Positions 1-9,359 of a stretch of DNA of 63,775 nt are shown in pieces. This DNA is from a virus. Lineage: Duplodnaviria; Caudoviricetes. Each line of letters begins with the position of its first letter. The stretch's first letter is position 1. The DNA lies in IMG/VR virus record IMGVR_UViG_3300037515_000973, positions 1 through 63,775 of that record; one strand, given 5' to 3'. The notes below the pieces were generated by a model, which worked only from the letters and a program-made list of their open reading frames with translations, was not told the DNA's origin and made no database searches. The position numbers were made by a program, and so were the translations under genes.

Positions 1-520
1 TCGCCGTGATACCCGTCAGCGCAACGCTACTCGGCTCGGCAGTAAGGACGCGCTGAGACAGTAGATCAGCAGTGACACCTGTCAGGGCAACGCTGCCTGG
101 CTCGGCAGGCAACACATGGTGAGACAGGGAATCAGCCGCGACGCCCGTTAGCGCATAGCTGCTTGGCTCCACATTGAGGACACGTTGAAGCAGTGGGTCA
201 GTCGCTCTGCCTGTCAGTGCATAGCTGCCTGGCTCAGCGGTCAACTCAAAAAAGCCCAAGACGTTATAGGTCAACGTCGCCGTGATACCCGTCAGCGCAA
301 CGCTACTCGGCTCGGCAGTAAGGACGCGCTGGAATAGAGAATCAGCCGCTATGCCCGTCGAGGCAGCACTGCCCGGCTCGGCACTGAGGACGCGCTGAGA
401 CAGTGGATCAGCGGCGACACCCGTTAGCGCAATGTTACTTGGCTCGGCACTGAGGACGCGTTGAGAGAGCGGATCAATCGCAACACCCGTCAGTGCAACG
501 CTGCCGGGCTCGGCCGTCAG
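1..520. repeat. Coding tandem repeat, 66-bp units in a 276-bp higher-order period
   Basis: ctcggcag at 35 and 101 (66 bp apart); tcgccgtgatacccgtcagc at 1 and 277 (276 bp apart). Confidence 0.95.
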
Positions 521-1186
521 GGGGGATGCCCCACCCGCCTCCAGCTCAAATACCAGCAGCGCGGCAGAGAGGCCTGAGTTGCCCGGGTCCACCGCCGTAT
601 GCGACGCGGTGCTTTCCTTTGTGCCCGTCGTAGAGGACACCGCAAACCCAGAGGCGAGGTAGCCCGCGTTATCCTGTTCGCCCGCGTCGATCGTCTCATC
701 TAAGCCATTCGTCCACGTCGTTGTCCAGGGGTATGAGGTGGCATTTTTGCGGCCAGCATAGACGCCGACCAGCAGCTGATCTCCGCTGGTGCTCGGCGTC
801 GTGCCGGTCGAGAGAGACGTCTCGTTATCCGTCGCCCCATTGTCATTGCTCACCGCCTCCCGAAAGACAAAGTCACGGCTAGAGACGTCATCGAACTCCT
901 GGATCGTCAGGCGGACCGTGTCGCCGCTGACCTGTATGGCCGTCGGCTCAGACGCGCCGCCGACTTTGTCCCAGATGGAGAGGGACCGCCGATGGCTGCC
1001 GTCTCCGAGCTCGGTATCGCGGGCGACACGCTTCGTCCAGCCTGAGCCAGAGATGCTGTGACTTGTCGTGCTCGTGCCAGAGCGGGAAAAAGCCACCGCG
1101 ACCAGTAAGTTCCCTGCCGTTGGCGTGGCATCAAACGTGGCCGTCGGGTCGGCACCATCTGCGGTTTGGCTTTGTACGCGTGACAC
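1..1186 (-). CDS. 5' part of tandem-repeat (22-aa unit) virion/fibre-like protein; runs off window start and resumes at window end
   Basis: My translation from GTG at 1186 is open to base 2 (VSRVQSQTADGADPTATFDATPTAGNLLVAV... then LTAEPGSVALTGVAIDPLSQRV repeats). Absent from the ORF track because there is no stop in the window. Confidence 0.8.
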   Translation of the reverse strand, partial: MSRVQSQTADGADPTATFDATPTAGNLLVAVAFSRSGTSTTSHSISGSGWTKRVARDTELGDGSHRRSLSIWDKVGGASEPTAIQVSGDTVRLTIQEFDDVSSRDFVFREAVSNDNGATDNETSLSTGTTPSTSGDQLLVGVYAGRKNATSYPWTTTWTNGLDETIDAGEQDNAGYLASGFAVSSTTGTKESTASHTAVDPGNSGLSAALLVFELEAGGASPLTAEPGSVALTGVAIDPLSQRVLSAEPSNIALTGVAADPLSQRVLSAEPGSAASTGIAADSLFQRVLTAEPSSVALTGITATLTYNVLGFFELTAEPGSYALTGRATDPLLQRVLNVEPSSYALTGVAADSLSHHVLPAEPGSVALTGVTADLLSQRVLTAEPSSVALTGITA

Positions 1187-1197
1187 GATGCTGTCTC

Positions 1198-2244
1198 TTA
1201 ACTGATAGGCATTGTCATGGCCGTTTGCAATTCGGATTGAGACAGGGCACGGCGATAGACCTGGACTTCATCGATCTGGCCCTGCCACGGCATCTCGGCC
1301 CCTGGCGCATTGGCCCCCACCCAGGTTTGCTTTCCACTGGAGACGGTGAGGAGCCCCGTGTGGGCCTGACTCCCGACGAGCATGCCGTCCAGATACAAAC
1401 GCATCTGCACGCCATCATAGACCGCAGCGGCATGAAACCAAGTGTTTGCCTCAAGATTGCCACTCGATGCAATCAGGGTTGCCGTATTGCCAGCGGTCTT
1501 CAGCCGAAAGCGGAGTCGCGTTACCCCACCGCTCACAATTGTGCTAAGCATCACATCGTGATCTTGTTCGGCGCTTCCATTCGCCCGGCTCAGGATACGG
1601 CAGTCATGATTGCCGGGACAGTTGGCCAGGTTCTCTGATCGGACCCAGGCCAGCACGGTGAGGGCGGAACCGGAGACACTGAAGGTCCCGACTTCCACGC
1701 GATCATTCACTCCATCAAAGCGGAGCGCAGTGCCATATTTGCCGGTTGTCCACGTTGGGCCGTTGAGCGTGCCCGTGTTGCCATTGCCAGACGCGTCGGC
1801 GGTCGTTGTCCCCGTCCCTTCGTTCATACCGAACGCTAACACCAGATCTGGATCACTGGACGGAGGAGCACTTTCGGCGATATCACAGCTCAAAAAAGGG
1901 GGAGCCGGAGGGGGGAAGAGTGTTGCTGGTTGAGCGGTTCCGCTCGCCTCATTGGACCACGCACTCTCGCCCGCCGCATTGTACGCCAAGACACGATAGG
2001 TACACAGCACATTCCAGGGAACAGTGGTGTCACTATACGTTTGCGTCTCTGGGACAGGGATCGTGACGAGGGGGCTAAACGTGGCAGCAGGGACGCATTT
2101 TCGCTCGATACGAAACCCGTCTTCATTGTCGCTTTGGTCTTGCCACTGTAAGTCAAGCAATTGCGCGTAGACCACCACTGGCCAGCAACACAGCATCATC
2201 GTCAGGAGTCCCCTCATGACCTGGCTCCGCCACGTCCACCGCAT
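1198..2244 (-). CDS. Signal peptide + fibronectin type III + LamG/concanavalin-A-like domain protein
   Basis: WQDQSDNEDGFRIER...YRVLAYN (FN3); ALRFDGVND...WFHAAAVYDG..MRLYLDG...GQIDEVQVYRRALS (LamG-like). Confidence 0.8.
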   Translation of the reverse strand: MRWTWRSQVMRGLLTMMLCCWPVVVYAQLLDLQWQDQSDNEDGFRIERKCVPAATFSPLVTIPVPETQTYSDTTVPWNVLCTYRVLAYNAAGESAWSNEASGTAQPATLFPPPAPPFLSCDIAESAPPSSDPDLVLAFGMNEGTGTTTADASGNGNTGTLNGPTWTTGKYGTALRFDGVNDRVEVGTFSVSGSALTVLAWVRSENLANCPGNHDCRILSRANGSAEQDHDVMLSTIVSGGVTRLRFRLKTAGNTATLIASSGNLEANTWFHAAAVYDGVQMRLYLDGMLVGSQAHTGLLTVSSGKQTWVGANAPGAEMPWQGQIDEVQVYRRALSQSELQTAMTMPIS

Positions 2245-2256
2245 ACCGCACCTCCC

Positions 2257-2604
2257 TTATGGATTAAATGTCACACTACAGGATAGTGAAGCAGGTGCAC
2301 TCGGTGGCATCGTCACCGTGCTACACGTCGGCGACGGCGGGCTGGTCCCGGCCGTATTGCGCGCGAGCACACGCCAGGTATACACCGGACCCAGGGGCAA
2401 CATGGCATCCTGATAGGTCACGGTCGGCGCCGTCACGACGGCAATCTCCACAAAGGCACCCGTATCCGTTTGGCGTTCGATCACATAGTCAACGGCCTCA
2501 GGAGAGACGCCCCAGGTCATCTCATTCGTCACGGAAGACATTTGCGCGTGTGCAAGCCCTGTCAATCCGATCAGAAAGGCCAGCGTCAACAACAGTTTTT
2601 TCAT
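2257..2604 (-). CDS. Secreted FN3-domain protein
   Basis: MKKLLLTLAFLIGLTGLAHA signal peptide; YVIER, YTWRVLARN FN3 motifs. Confidence 0.7.
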   Translation of the reverse strand: MKKLLLTLAFLIGLTGLAHAQMSSVTNEMTWGVSPEAVDYVIERQTDTGAFVEIAVVTAPTVTYQDAMLPLGPVYTWRVLARNTAGTSPPSPTCSTVTMPPSAPASLSCSVTFNP

Positions 2605-3834
2605 CAATGCTTCGGCAAGGAGACCGTCGGGTTCAGCCGACGGAGGAATTGCCGTCTCCCTTCTTGCGGTATCTCCGTAAATCCTCTATACTTGAGACCA
2701 TGAAATTGGTTGCTCAACTCCAATTGCTGCCCACACCGGAGCAGCAGGCTTCTTTGCGTGAGACATTGCAGACGGCGAATGCGGCGTGCAATCGGATCTC
2801 GGACCTGGCCTGGGAGCATCAAACGTTTGGGCAGTATCGACTGCATCACTTGAGTTACCACCTGTGTCGTCAGGAATTTCCCCTGGCTGCCCAAATGGTT
2901 GTGCGCAGTATTGCCAAGGTTGCCGATGCCTACAAGCGCGACAAGAAAGTCCACCGGCGGTTTCGTCCCACAGCCGCGCAGCCCTTCGATGATCGGATCT
3001 TTCGGTTTGTGGATGATCACACCATCTCGCTCTGGACGACCGGCGGTCGGCAGAAGATGCCGTTTGTCTGCGGCACACATCAGCGCGGCCTGCTCGCCTA
3101 TCGCCAGGGGGAAGTCGATCTGTGCCTGATCCGAGGCAAATGGTACATCTTCACGGTCTGCGATGTGCCCGGCGAAGAAGAGACGGCTTGGGTGGATGCC
3201 CTCGGTGTGGACCTGGGTATTGTGAACCTGGCCGTCGATTCCGATGGGACGACCTACTCGGGAACAGCAGTGGAAGAGCAGCGCCGCACGTTTACGCACC
3301 GCCGCCGCAACCTGCAACGTAACGGCTCGCGCGCGGCGCATCGGAAACTCCAACAACTCAAAGGCAAACAAGCCCGCTACCAAAAAGACGTGAATCACTG
3401 CATTAGCAAAGCAATCGTGGCAACCGCCCAACGCACCGCACGCGCGATCGGCCTGGAAGACTTGACGGGAATTCGCGAGCGGGTTACGGCTCGGAGGCGG
3501 CAGCGGTCTCGATTGTCCAACTGGGGATTTGCGCAACTCCGTCAGTTTGTGACGTACAAAGCGATACTGGCAGGAGTGGCCCTGATCTTGGTTGATCCCC
3601 GTAACACGAGTCGAACGTGTCCCGACTGCGGCCATATCGCCAAGGCGAATCGGCGTACCCGAGACACGTTTGTCTGTCAATCGTGCGGTCTCGCTGGACC
3701 AGCCGATGATATCGCCGCACGGAATATCCGTGCGAGGGCTGTTGTCAAACAGCCGATGGTAGCCAGAACAGGGATGTAGGTTTGTTTCCATGTTTTGTGT
3801 TACAAGCCGCCTGCTTGAGCGGGCGGTATTTGAC
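2605..3834 (+). mobile_element. Non-autonomous IS200/IS605-family (IS1341-like) element
   Basis: Left-end hairpin ccgtcgg-gttcag-ccgacgg; right-end hairpin ccgcctgct..agcgggcgg followed by tatttgac; putative TAM TTCAT just 5'; no tnpA. Confidence 0.8.
2700..3779 (+). CDS. tnpB: RNA-guided endonuclease TnpB
   Basis: LQLLPTPEQ N-terminus; RuvC motifs GVDLG, GLEDL, ADDIAARNI; CPDC...CQSC zinc ribbon. Confidence 0.95.
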   Translation: MKLVAQLQLLPTPEQQASLRETLQTANAACNRISDLAWEHQTFGQYRLHHLSYHLCRQEFPLAAQMVVRSIAKVADAYKRDKKVHRRFRPTAAQPFDDRIFRFVDDHTISLWTTGGRQKMPFVCGTHQRGLLAYRQGEVDLCLIRGKWYIFTVCDVPGEEETAWVDALGVDLGIVNLAVDSDGTTYSGTAVEEQRRTFTHRRRNLQRNGSRAAHRKLQQLKGKQARYQKDVNHCISKAIVATAQRTARAIGLEDLTGIRERVTARRRQRSRLSNWGFAQLRQFVTYKAILAGVALILVDPRNTSRTCPDCGHIAKANRRTRDTFVCQSCGLAGPADDIAARNIRARAVVKQPMVARTGM

Positions 3835-3913
3835 ACTCGTATCCTTTTTTGTAGTGATCTGGCCAGGTCCAAAAAATCAGCAGGCAAGGGATGCTGCCTG
3901 CTGGGCGATTGCT

Positions 3914-4441
3914 TTAATCCGGGTCAAGATCAGTAATAAACCCTTCACTATCAGCCGTGATAGTGCCGGCCCAAGACGCACTGGTGTCGTTCAGTTCATA
4001 CACCGTAAAGATACTGCCGGAAATACTCTCCCTATTGCGTAAGCGTTGCAGGGCTTCCCGGACCGGTCTCGTGCGCACGACATAGGCGACGGATTCATTT
4101 TCAATCGCCCGGTCATGTTCATCATCTGCCAAGGTAAACTTTTCGTTGAAGTGATAGGCGCCCGTGGCACGTAGATTGAGCACGACATAGTTGGCCCCAC
4201 TGGCCCACATACCGTTCGGGAGGGTGAGATCGTAGGTCCCAGGCATATTGGCCGCGCTGATCTCAGCCCAATTGCCCGTGACCGTAATGGCCACCGCCGT
4301 TCCGCCATCGCGAGAATAGTACGCTGTGACACTCCCCGCCGCGACGCCTGTCAGTCCTTGACTATCAGTCGTACTGAGTAAGATAACAGGAATAGTAATT
4401 CCTGTTGCCCCTTTTTTTGCGGTTCCAAACCAAGGATCCAA
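3914..4441 (-). CDS. Hypothetical virion-associated protein
   Basis: 175 aa, TTG start after AGGAGG, co-oriented with neighbours. Confidence 0.6.
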   Translation of the reverse strand: MDPWFGTAKKGATGITIPVILLSTTDSQGLTGVAAGSVTAYYSRDGGTAVAITVTGNWAEISAANMPGTYDLTLPNGMWASGANYVVLNLRATGAYHFNEKFTLADDEHDRAIENESVAYVVRTRPVREALQRLRNRESISGSIFTVYELNDTSASWAGTITADSEGFITDLDPD

Positions 4442-4456
4442 TTCACTATCCTCCTT

Positions 4457-4837
4457 TCAAAAGGGTCGGAAAGGCGCGAGCGGGTGCAGCCGTGAGCGTC
4501 TCAAAAAGGGTGGAGAAAGAGTCGGTGCGGAGCTACTGAGCGCGGTTCCGCTGGACTCATTCGACCAGGCAGAGTCACCGTCTGCATTATACGCCAGGAC
4601 ACGATAGGTACACAGCACCCCTGTTGGGGCGGTACTGTCCACATATTCTTGGAGGCCAGGCGTGTCGAGGGTAACGAGCGCACTGAAAGTGGAAGCGGGC
4701 GCGCATTTGCGTTCGATACGAAAGCCGTCTTCATTGCCTGCATCTTGGTCCCAATTGACAGAGAGTCCCTGCGCCGTCGCGTGACTCGCCGGAAAAAGAA
4801 GAAAGAAGAAAAAGCAGAGCGTAGAGAATCGGCGCAT
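4457..4837 (-). CDS. Secreted FN3-domain protein, paralogue of the N-terminus of 1198-2244
   Basis: NEDGFRIERKCAPASTFSALVT...LCTYRVLAYNADGDSAWSNESSGTA closely matches the paralogue. Confidence 0.75.
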   Translation of the reverse strand: MRRFSTLCFFFFLLFPASHATAQGLSVNWDQDAGNEDGFRIERKCAPASTFSALVTLDTPGLQEYVDSTAPTGVLCTYRVLAYNADGDSAWSNESSGTALSSSAPTLSPPFLRRSRLHPLAPFRPF

Positions 4838-4861
4838 GTGATCGTGTCCTGCTCTCTCTTT

Positions 4862-6292
4862 TTATGGGACCCACAAGGTGAAGGTCGCGCCTCCTGCCGT
4901 CGTGTCTTGACCGATGGCTTGCCAGGCGGAGACGGTAATTGCTGAACTTTCAAAATAGCCGGAAGACAGATTTGTCAAGAAATAGTCGTTACTCGTAAAG
5001 GTATTATTTTTGGCGGGATCAGTGGCATCCCCTGCGCGTCCGTTGAATTCCCCGACCACTAATCGAATCGTGTTGTCATGCACATTATTGTTCTGGGCAA
5101 TGCGCGGGCCAAAAAGAGGAGACGTGCCACGCGTCCCCGTATCGACGATGGTGATGCCATTTTTTCCTTGCATCGTATTCCCATGGATCTCGACATTTTG
5201 GGAGGCATTGAGGACGATATTCCCCCCATTCCAAATGGAGCCACCTGGATCGGCCGTGTTATTATTGAGCAACGTATTGTTGCGGATAATCGCATCCCAG
5301 CCGATTTCATGCTTAATCCCCGCTCCCGCGTTGTCGGTAACGGTGTTGTCTTCATACAGGACATTGATATTATCACCATCTGTCCACAAGCCCGCGCCCC
5401 CTGCGTTGTGATGCACGTAATTATTGCGGGCAATCAGACCGTCACCCGACAAAATTTTCGTCCCGCCCGCATAGCCGTTTTGATACCCGGCATAGTTATT
5501 GTACGAAATTTCATTCCCTTCGATTAGCAGCGCATCTCCGTTGGCGCCGAGCCCGTACTGCCCATTATGGTGCGTATAATTATTCCGGATCGTCTGCCCC
5601 TGGATACCCATACTGTGGTTGAGGCGTGTTTCACAGTTTTCGATCGTCCAGCCTTCTCGACCATTGATCGCGGCGATAGTGGTTTCTGTGGCGAACTTTT
5701 CGACAATCAGGCCCCGAATCAGGACATCTGTCACGCCAGTCGAAAATCCCTTAAACGCGCGCGTCGCGACGCCCACTTCAACGATGTGGCAACACCCCGG
5801 ATCATCGCCAATCGTAATGGTATCGGTCGCCAGGTTGAAGAAAAATTCCCCCGGCCCGACCGCCGCTGCACTGGTTTCTCGCGTCAGGACAACATGATCA
5901 AAATACACGTCGTTCGGGTATTTACAGGTATCCGAATCATCGGCGCAGACCTGACTCAAAATGGGGTTCTCCATCGTCATGCCGGTCGCCACCCACTGCC
6001 CGCCACTCGGCGTAAAGCTACTCGTAATATCCTGCGAGCCATTCAGAATCGCCCCTGCCTCGCCATGAAATTCATTGCCCGTCTTCGGCAGGATAAAGGT
6101 ACTCAGACGATGGACGCCCGTTTTGATGAGAAAACGGGTGTCCGCAGCGCTGGCCGTCACGGCGGCTTGAATATCCTGGCCAGGATAGAGCGGCACGAAG
6201 ACCGCCATGATACTCGGCGCAGGAGGAGGAACGGCCTGCGCCAGTCCGGTACAGGCCAGGAAAAAGAGACCGATCAAGAGAGAGAAACGCAT
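4862..6292 (-). CDS. Secreted right-handed parallel beta-helix protein (pectin-lyase/NosD-like fold)
   Basis: Signal peptide; repeated IRNN/IEGNEISYN/NNYVHHN beta-helix rungs; GLWTDGDN. Confidence 0.8.
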   Translation of the reverse strand: MRFSLLIGLFFLACTGLAQAVPPPAPSIMAVFVPLYPGQDIQAAVTASAADTRFLIKTGVHRLSTFILPKTGNEFHGEAGAILNGSQDITSSFTPSGGQWVATGMTMENPILSQVCADDSDTCKYPNDVYFDHVVLTRETSAAAVGPGEFFFNLATDTITIGDDPGCCHIVEVGVATRAFKGFSTGVTDVLIRGLIVEKFATETTIAAINGREGWTIENCETRLNHSMGIQGQTIRNNYTHHNGQYGLGANGDALLIEGNEISYNNYAGYQNGYAGGTKILSGDGLIARNNYVHHNAGGAGLWTDGDNINVLYEDNTVTDNAGAGIKHEIGWDAIIRNNTLLNNNTADPGGSIWNGGNIVLNASQNVEIHGNTMQGKNGITIVDTGTRGTSPLFGPRIAQNNNVHDNTIRLVVGEFNGRAGDATDPAKNNTFTSNDYFLTNLSSGYFESSAITVSAWQAIGQDTTAGGATFTLWVP

Positions 6293-7059
6293 TACTTACA
6301 GACTCCTTTTTTCAGTTTCTGCCCGGTCGGGCATGGTGGAGTAGGCGGAGGAGGATTCGGTGCAGGGGCAGGAGTCACAGATCCACCCCCTCGACGCACA
6401 GCAAAACCGCTAAAACCAGGGGATTTTATTATTTTATACTCAGCAAATTCCCGCCAATACAACTTCGGTGCGCCGCCCACAAATTGGATATTGTCAAAAT
6501 TGGCATGAACACTTGGCCAACATTGGCTGGACGAATAGACTTCATGCAGGACATTCGCGCGCCCCACGTGTGTTTTCCAGCCTGGGAGAGCGACCTTCAC
6601 TTTCAGTGTCTTCGTCCCCCATTTCCAGGTGACAAATCCATATTCCTGATTTTCAATCTTTTCTGTGGTGATCGTCACCGGTGTTCCAATCGGAATCGCG
6701 CCTTGATGAAAATACGCTTGTCCTCGGGGCACAGCATGTGACCCCATCAGCGGATACCAGGCGCCGTTTCCTTTGCGCTTTGGCTTGAGCCAGTACACTC
6801 CCCCTTCCAGGTAGCAGTGCGGACACACGGAGGTTGCCCCTTGATTGCTCGACAGACCGGATCGCGCATAGACGTGTTGTGTTCCGCTACACGACTTCGA
6901 CGGGAACTGGTGCGCCGTAAATGTAAAGATGGTTTTATGAGCAGACCCGCGCGCCGCATGCGGCTCGTCGGCGCCCACATGTCGATATGTCGCCTGGGCC
7001 TGGACAGCAGAGATGCTGAGCAGCAGCACGCCGATAATGAACAGACAATGCATCATCAT
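6292..7059 (-). CDS. Secreted hypothetical protein with Pro-rich C-terminus
   Basis: Signal peptide, 255 aa, operonic spacing. Confidence 0.6.
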   Translation of the reverse strand: MMMHCLFIIGVLLLSISAVQAQATYRHVGADEPHAARGSAHKTIFTFTAHQFPSKSCSGTQHVYARSGLSSNQGATSVCPHCYLEGGVYWLKPKRKGNGAWYPLMGSHAVPRGQAYFHQGAIPIGTPVTITTEKIENQEYGFVTWKWGTKTLKVKVALPGWKTHVGRANVLHEVYSSSQCWPSVHANFDNIQFVGGAPKLYWREFAEYKIIKSPGFSGFAVRRGGGSVTPAPAPNPPPPTPPCPTGQKLKKGVCK

Positions 7060-7398
7060 TTACTCCGTGAGACGGATAGGGGATTCCGGCACGCTTTTGG
7101 TGACTCGTTTTTTTTGCGTATATCGCAGCCGACCTGCATAGGGCCTGTTCAAGACTATTTTTGCCTGCTGAGTCCCTGACATTTGTCGTTGAAGCCCTTG
7201 CCGCAAATAGGCAACATCAATACCAAGGTGCGTCGCGCAATGCCGAAAACTCCCCCACCGGACACTCTCATCCTGAATCCATGTTTCAATTTCTTGACAT
7301 AATGTGATGGCATGTATGTCTGTTCGGTTTTGCATTTTGATATGCAACCGGATGGCATCTTGCAGGATGGCAAGCAACAAGTTTTTTTCTGGCGTCAA
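7060..7398 (-). CDS. Hypothetical protein; first codons separated by a TnpB element
   Basis: Joins in frame to MEDTRMSEY (8741-8767) when the element is removed; resembles 8812-9204. Confidence 0.65.
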   Translation of the reverse strand: MTPEKNLLLAILQDAIRLHIKMQNRTDIHAITLCQEIETWIQDESVRWGSFRHCATHLGIDVAYLRQGLQRQMSGTQQAKIVLNRPYAGRLRYTQKKRVTKSVPESPIRLTE

Positions 7399-8740
7399 GT
7401 TGGGCGCCTCCTTAGCCAGCTATCAAACGCGGAGCGCTGGCGTGCGTAGGGCTCCTAAGCGTAGGCAGCCGGAGTCTCAGGAGCCCGTTGCTCCGCCCAT
7501 TGCCGGGCGGGAGCGAGACGGCACAATCGGTGGGGGTCTTGCTGCGTTTTCGTCCCCCTGTTATGTGTGTCTTGTGCAATCGGAAATCATCCTGTCTTAC
7601 AAACTCAAGCTCTACCCGACCCGCAACAAGGCTGATTGCCTCGCGGGTTTGACGGCTCTCTTTCAACGCGCTCATTCCGATTGCACACTCGTCATGGGCC
7701 AACCGGAAGAGAGCCGACCCCTTCTCTGTCCGTCGTCCAAAGGACTCGGTGAGTTTACTGGCCGTGCCTATCGGCGGGCATACATCGACTACCGACGAAC
7801 GCTGAAAGCCAGTCGCAAAACAGGGCGTCCGTTTCACCTGCCTCGGCTGCGTGCGGAACTGATTGACAGCGCTGACTTGCAACTGCCGAAACAGGCCAAG
7901 CACTTTGACTACTGGGTGCTGATTAAGGGCACGAAAGACAAGCTGTACATCCCGGCCAAAGGACATCGGGGCTTGAACCGGACGTTGGCTTTGCCGGGCG
8001 CACAGCTGAACCTGGGAACGAAGGGCAGCGCCGAAGTGTTCCGGAAGAACGGCACGTGGTATGTCCGCGTCAACGTGAAAGTGCCGACCCCTGAAGTTGC
8101 TCACGTCACCGGCACAATCGGCATAGACATTGGTGTTCGGTGTTGTGTGGCACGCTCTGACGGCTACCGGGGGCCGGACCTGCGTCCCATACTTAAGAAG
8201 CAAAGAGACCGCCGTGCCATGCAGCAAAAGCATGGCCTTGATAAGCGATCGAATGGAACGTTCCAGAAGCAACTGCTTTGCAGAGAAGCCAGACGGGTTG
8301 TGTCCGTGGCACAGCGCACTGGTCGAGCGATAGCAGTTGAGGACCCTAAGCGACTCATCCGGTGGAAGGGTCATGCAGCGCGGTTCTTTGGGAATCGAGT
8401 AGCGTTGCTGGCGGCTATCGTAGGAGTCCCATGTGTCGTGGTCAACCCAGCCTATTCCAGCACAACCTGCCCTAAATGCGGGAAGGTCGAGCGACACATG
8501 AGACATAAAGAGACGTTGCGCTGTTGGGAGTGTGGGTACACCCAGAATGCCGACTTTGTGGCGTCTCAAAATATATGTCATTGGGGCCATGGTGTTACTG
8601 CCATTTCTCAAGGTTTACTTAGCCGGTCCCCTGGTGGGGGTGCCGTCGAGTGAGCTTCAGTTCGGTCTGCCCATTGATCAGGCGTGATGCTGTCTGCGGT
8701 AAAAATCTGAGCAACCGAATAACGGTCAAGCATGTTCAAG
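7399..8740 (+). mobile_element. Second non-autonomous TnpB element (ends uncertain by about 2 bp)
   Basis: Removing 1342 bp restores a minus-strand ORF with an RBS; right end ...gttcaag; structured flanks; no transposase. Confidence 0.7.
7574..8653 (+). CDS. tnpB: TnpB-family nuclease (divergent)
   Basis: YKLKLYPT; RuvC motifs GIDIG, IAVED, NADFVASQNI; CPKC...CWEC. Confidence 0.85.
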   Translation: MQSEIILSYKLKLYPTRNKADCLAGLTALFQRAHSDCTLVMGQPEESRPLLCPSSKGLGEFTGRAYRRAYIDYRRTLKASRKTGRPFHLPRLRAELIDSADLQLPKQAKHFDYWVLIKGTKDKLYIPAKGHRGLNRTLALPGAQLNLGTKGSAEVFRKNGTWYVRVNVKVPTPEVAHVTGTIGIDIGVRCCVARSDGYRGPDLRPILKKQRDRRAMQQKHGLDKRSNGTFQKQLLCREARRVVSVAQRTGRAIAVEDPKRLIRWKGHAARFFGNRVALLAAIVGVPCVVVNPAYSSTTCPKCGKVERHMRHKETLRCWECGYTQNADFVASQNICHWGHGVTAISQGLLSRSPGGGAVE

Positions 8741-8811
8741 GTATTCACTCATTCTTGTGTCTTCCATGGGGTGTGTCCCTCTCCAAGGGGTGTGTCCGAG
8801 AGGGCGGAGCA

Positions 8812-9204
8812 TCACTTATGATAGTGCAGATGGTACGCCAAAATCCCTCCGGTGCCCTGTTCGATGCCGTGCCTGATCCAGGCCGGCTCCAGCTGGCAGG
8901 CTGCGCAGCAGTCGGTAAACGTTACAAACGGATGCATGTCGGGGCGGACGAGAGAGTCATCCCGTACCCAGGCCAGGGCTTCTGACCGCAGCCGCCGCGT
9001 CCGAAAGGTGGGACACGGCTGGAAAATATCACACAGTGCAGAGGTGAGCACGGCTTTCAAGAGCGCTGCGATAGGACTCCGATAATCGCGTGCACCCGCA
9101 CTGAAGCCCTGCTCCTCGGTGACCAGGATCGGGACACACATGGCAAAAAGATCGTCTATGGTCTCAGGCGACGGCATCACAACAGCTCCGCTACCTCTTA
9201 TCAT
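8812..9204 (-). CDS. Hypothetical protein, paralogue of 7060-7398
   Basis: Shared pattern LL.A.L..A...W..D.S...F..C...L....R.G. Confidence 0.6.
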   Translation of the reverse strand: MIRGSGAVVMPSPETIDDLFAMCVPILVTEEQGFSAGARDYRSPIAALLKAVLTSALCDIFQPCPTFRTRRLRSEALAWVRDDSLVRPDMHPFVTFTDCCAACQLEPAWIRHGIEQGTGGILAYHLHYHK

Positions 9205-9307
9205 GGGCGGAACGGCGGCTCACGTCAATCCTCACAGTGAGCGCTGCCCTTGCTTTCCTCAAGCTGTCAGGTATTATTCCTGTGTAATCCCTTTCTTCCA
9301 ACCAAGC

Positions 9308-9345
9308 CAAAAGCCCGGACGGTCCCCCCCGTCTGGGCTTTTTTT
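9308..9345. terminator. Bidirectional-type intrinsic terminator; related copy at about 9614-9646
   Basis: aaaagcccggacgg...ccgtctgggcttttttt. Confidence 0.6.
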
Positions 9346-9359
9346 GTGTGTGTGGCGCC

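Noticed and set aside
1-520. CRISPR array or terminal direct repeat at the window ends
   Set aside because: The units are in-frame coding repeats without unique spacers, and the two ends do not overlap exactly.
2604-3887. Long antisense ORFs (also 7412-8611, 39515-40951, 14759-15706)
   Set aside because: They are shadow frames of real genes in GC-rich DNA and carry no recognisable motifs.
7399-8740. IStron (group I intron plus TnpB) that splices out of the interrupted gene
   Set aside because: The element is antisense to the interrupted gene, and I could not place a convincing P7 core or frame-restoring U/omega-G splice sites.
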